Assembly: GCF_006345805.1 (NCBI RefSeq)
Contig: NC_042998.1
Span: 107,322,001 to 107,386,000, forward strand
Length of the DNA stretch: 64,000 nucleotides
Direction of reading: 5' to 3'
From: Octopus sinensis
Taxonomy: Eukaryota
Part shown: one piece after another, positions 63,408-64,000 of the stretch
Position numbering within the stretch: the first letter of the stretch is position 1
Layout: each line of letters begins with the position of its first letter
Program-made: the position numbers and the translations under genes
Notes under the pieces: generated by a model
What the model saw: the letters and a program-made list of their open reading frames with translations, nothing else
Database searches by the model: none
What the model was told of the DNA's origin: nothing

Positions 63408-64000
63408 GTTTTTTTTTTATTTACATTCACCTTTTCTGTATACTCGGTCGTCACCAACCGCTGATATTGTCAATATCTGGAAAATAAAAGAATATTCGTT
63501 TAAGTATAACAGTTTGATGCTTTTATTTACACGACGTACGGGTATAAGAACGACTGTGGCATAGGTTTATACAATACACCAAATACATGGCATACACTAG
63601 TGTATAAACACTTTGCCTAATATAATTTAGCAATTAATATACACAGTCATTCAACATATGAAGACTGTTCTAGCAAAATTGCCGCGTAGGGTAAATTAAA
63701 ACTAAATAAGTTTTTCATAACAAGCAGTTTTAATATCAAGCACGTGAAAAGACTAGCAATCCTTGGGAGATGATAGCCATGTATCAGCATTTGAAAATGT
63801 ATCTAAGTGTTCGACAATTTCCGGAAATTTAATTTTTTTCATGTGCCGATGCCGCCAGAGGATTCATTAGTTGGATACAGCTCCGTTGTATCGGGTGAAT
63901 TGTGTGTGTAACTTTCAAGAAACGCAAGACAATTTTTGGATATATCTACCTCCGTTGTACAACACAGAAGAACGAACTTTAGTTAACACACACATTATAT

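Overview
AT-rich, microsatellite-dense eukaryotic DNA. The SINE, RTE, CR1 and mariner families and the repeat landscape suggest an octopus/cephalopod genome (inference). About 50 kb is transposon debris: tRNA-headed SINEs, short Meta-domain-like SINEs, R4/Dong, Tx1, CR1 and RTE LINE fragments, Penelope-type hammerhead elements, and MULE, piggyBac, Tc1 and mariner relics. Two host loci stand out. (1) On the + strand is the 3' part of a single-pass membrane protein gene: a candidate 33-nt microexon, an exon for an atypical 8-Cys LDLa module, and a last exon with a TM helix and Ser/Thr-rich tail (28313-37727). (2) On the - strand at about 54.5-61.6 kb is a snoRNA cluster that the ORF track misses. 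It holds seven intact, nearly identical U14 (SNORD14) genes amplified in a ~1.54-kb dimeric higher-order repeat, one truncated U14 relic, a U25 (SNORD25) homolog, an orphan C/D snoRNA and a candidate H/ACA snoRNA. These are interleaved with short splice-site-bounded exons, one with stops in all three frames, so the locus looks like a non-coding snoRNA host gene recalling Drosophila Uhg2 (U14+U25). A full-length but catalytically mutated mariner ORF lies directly upstream. Almost all listed ORFs are microsatellite or decayed-TE artefacts. All calls were made by eye from remembered family motifs; no searches were run.
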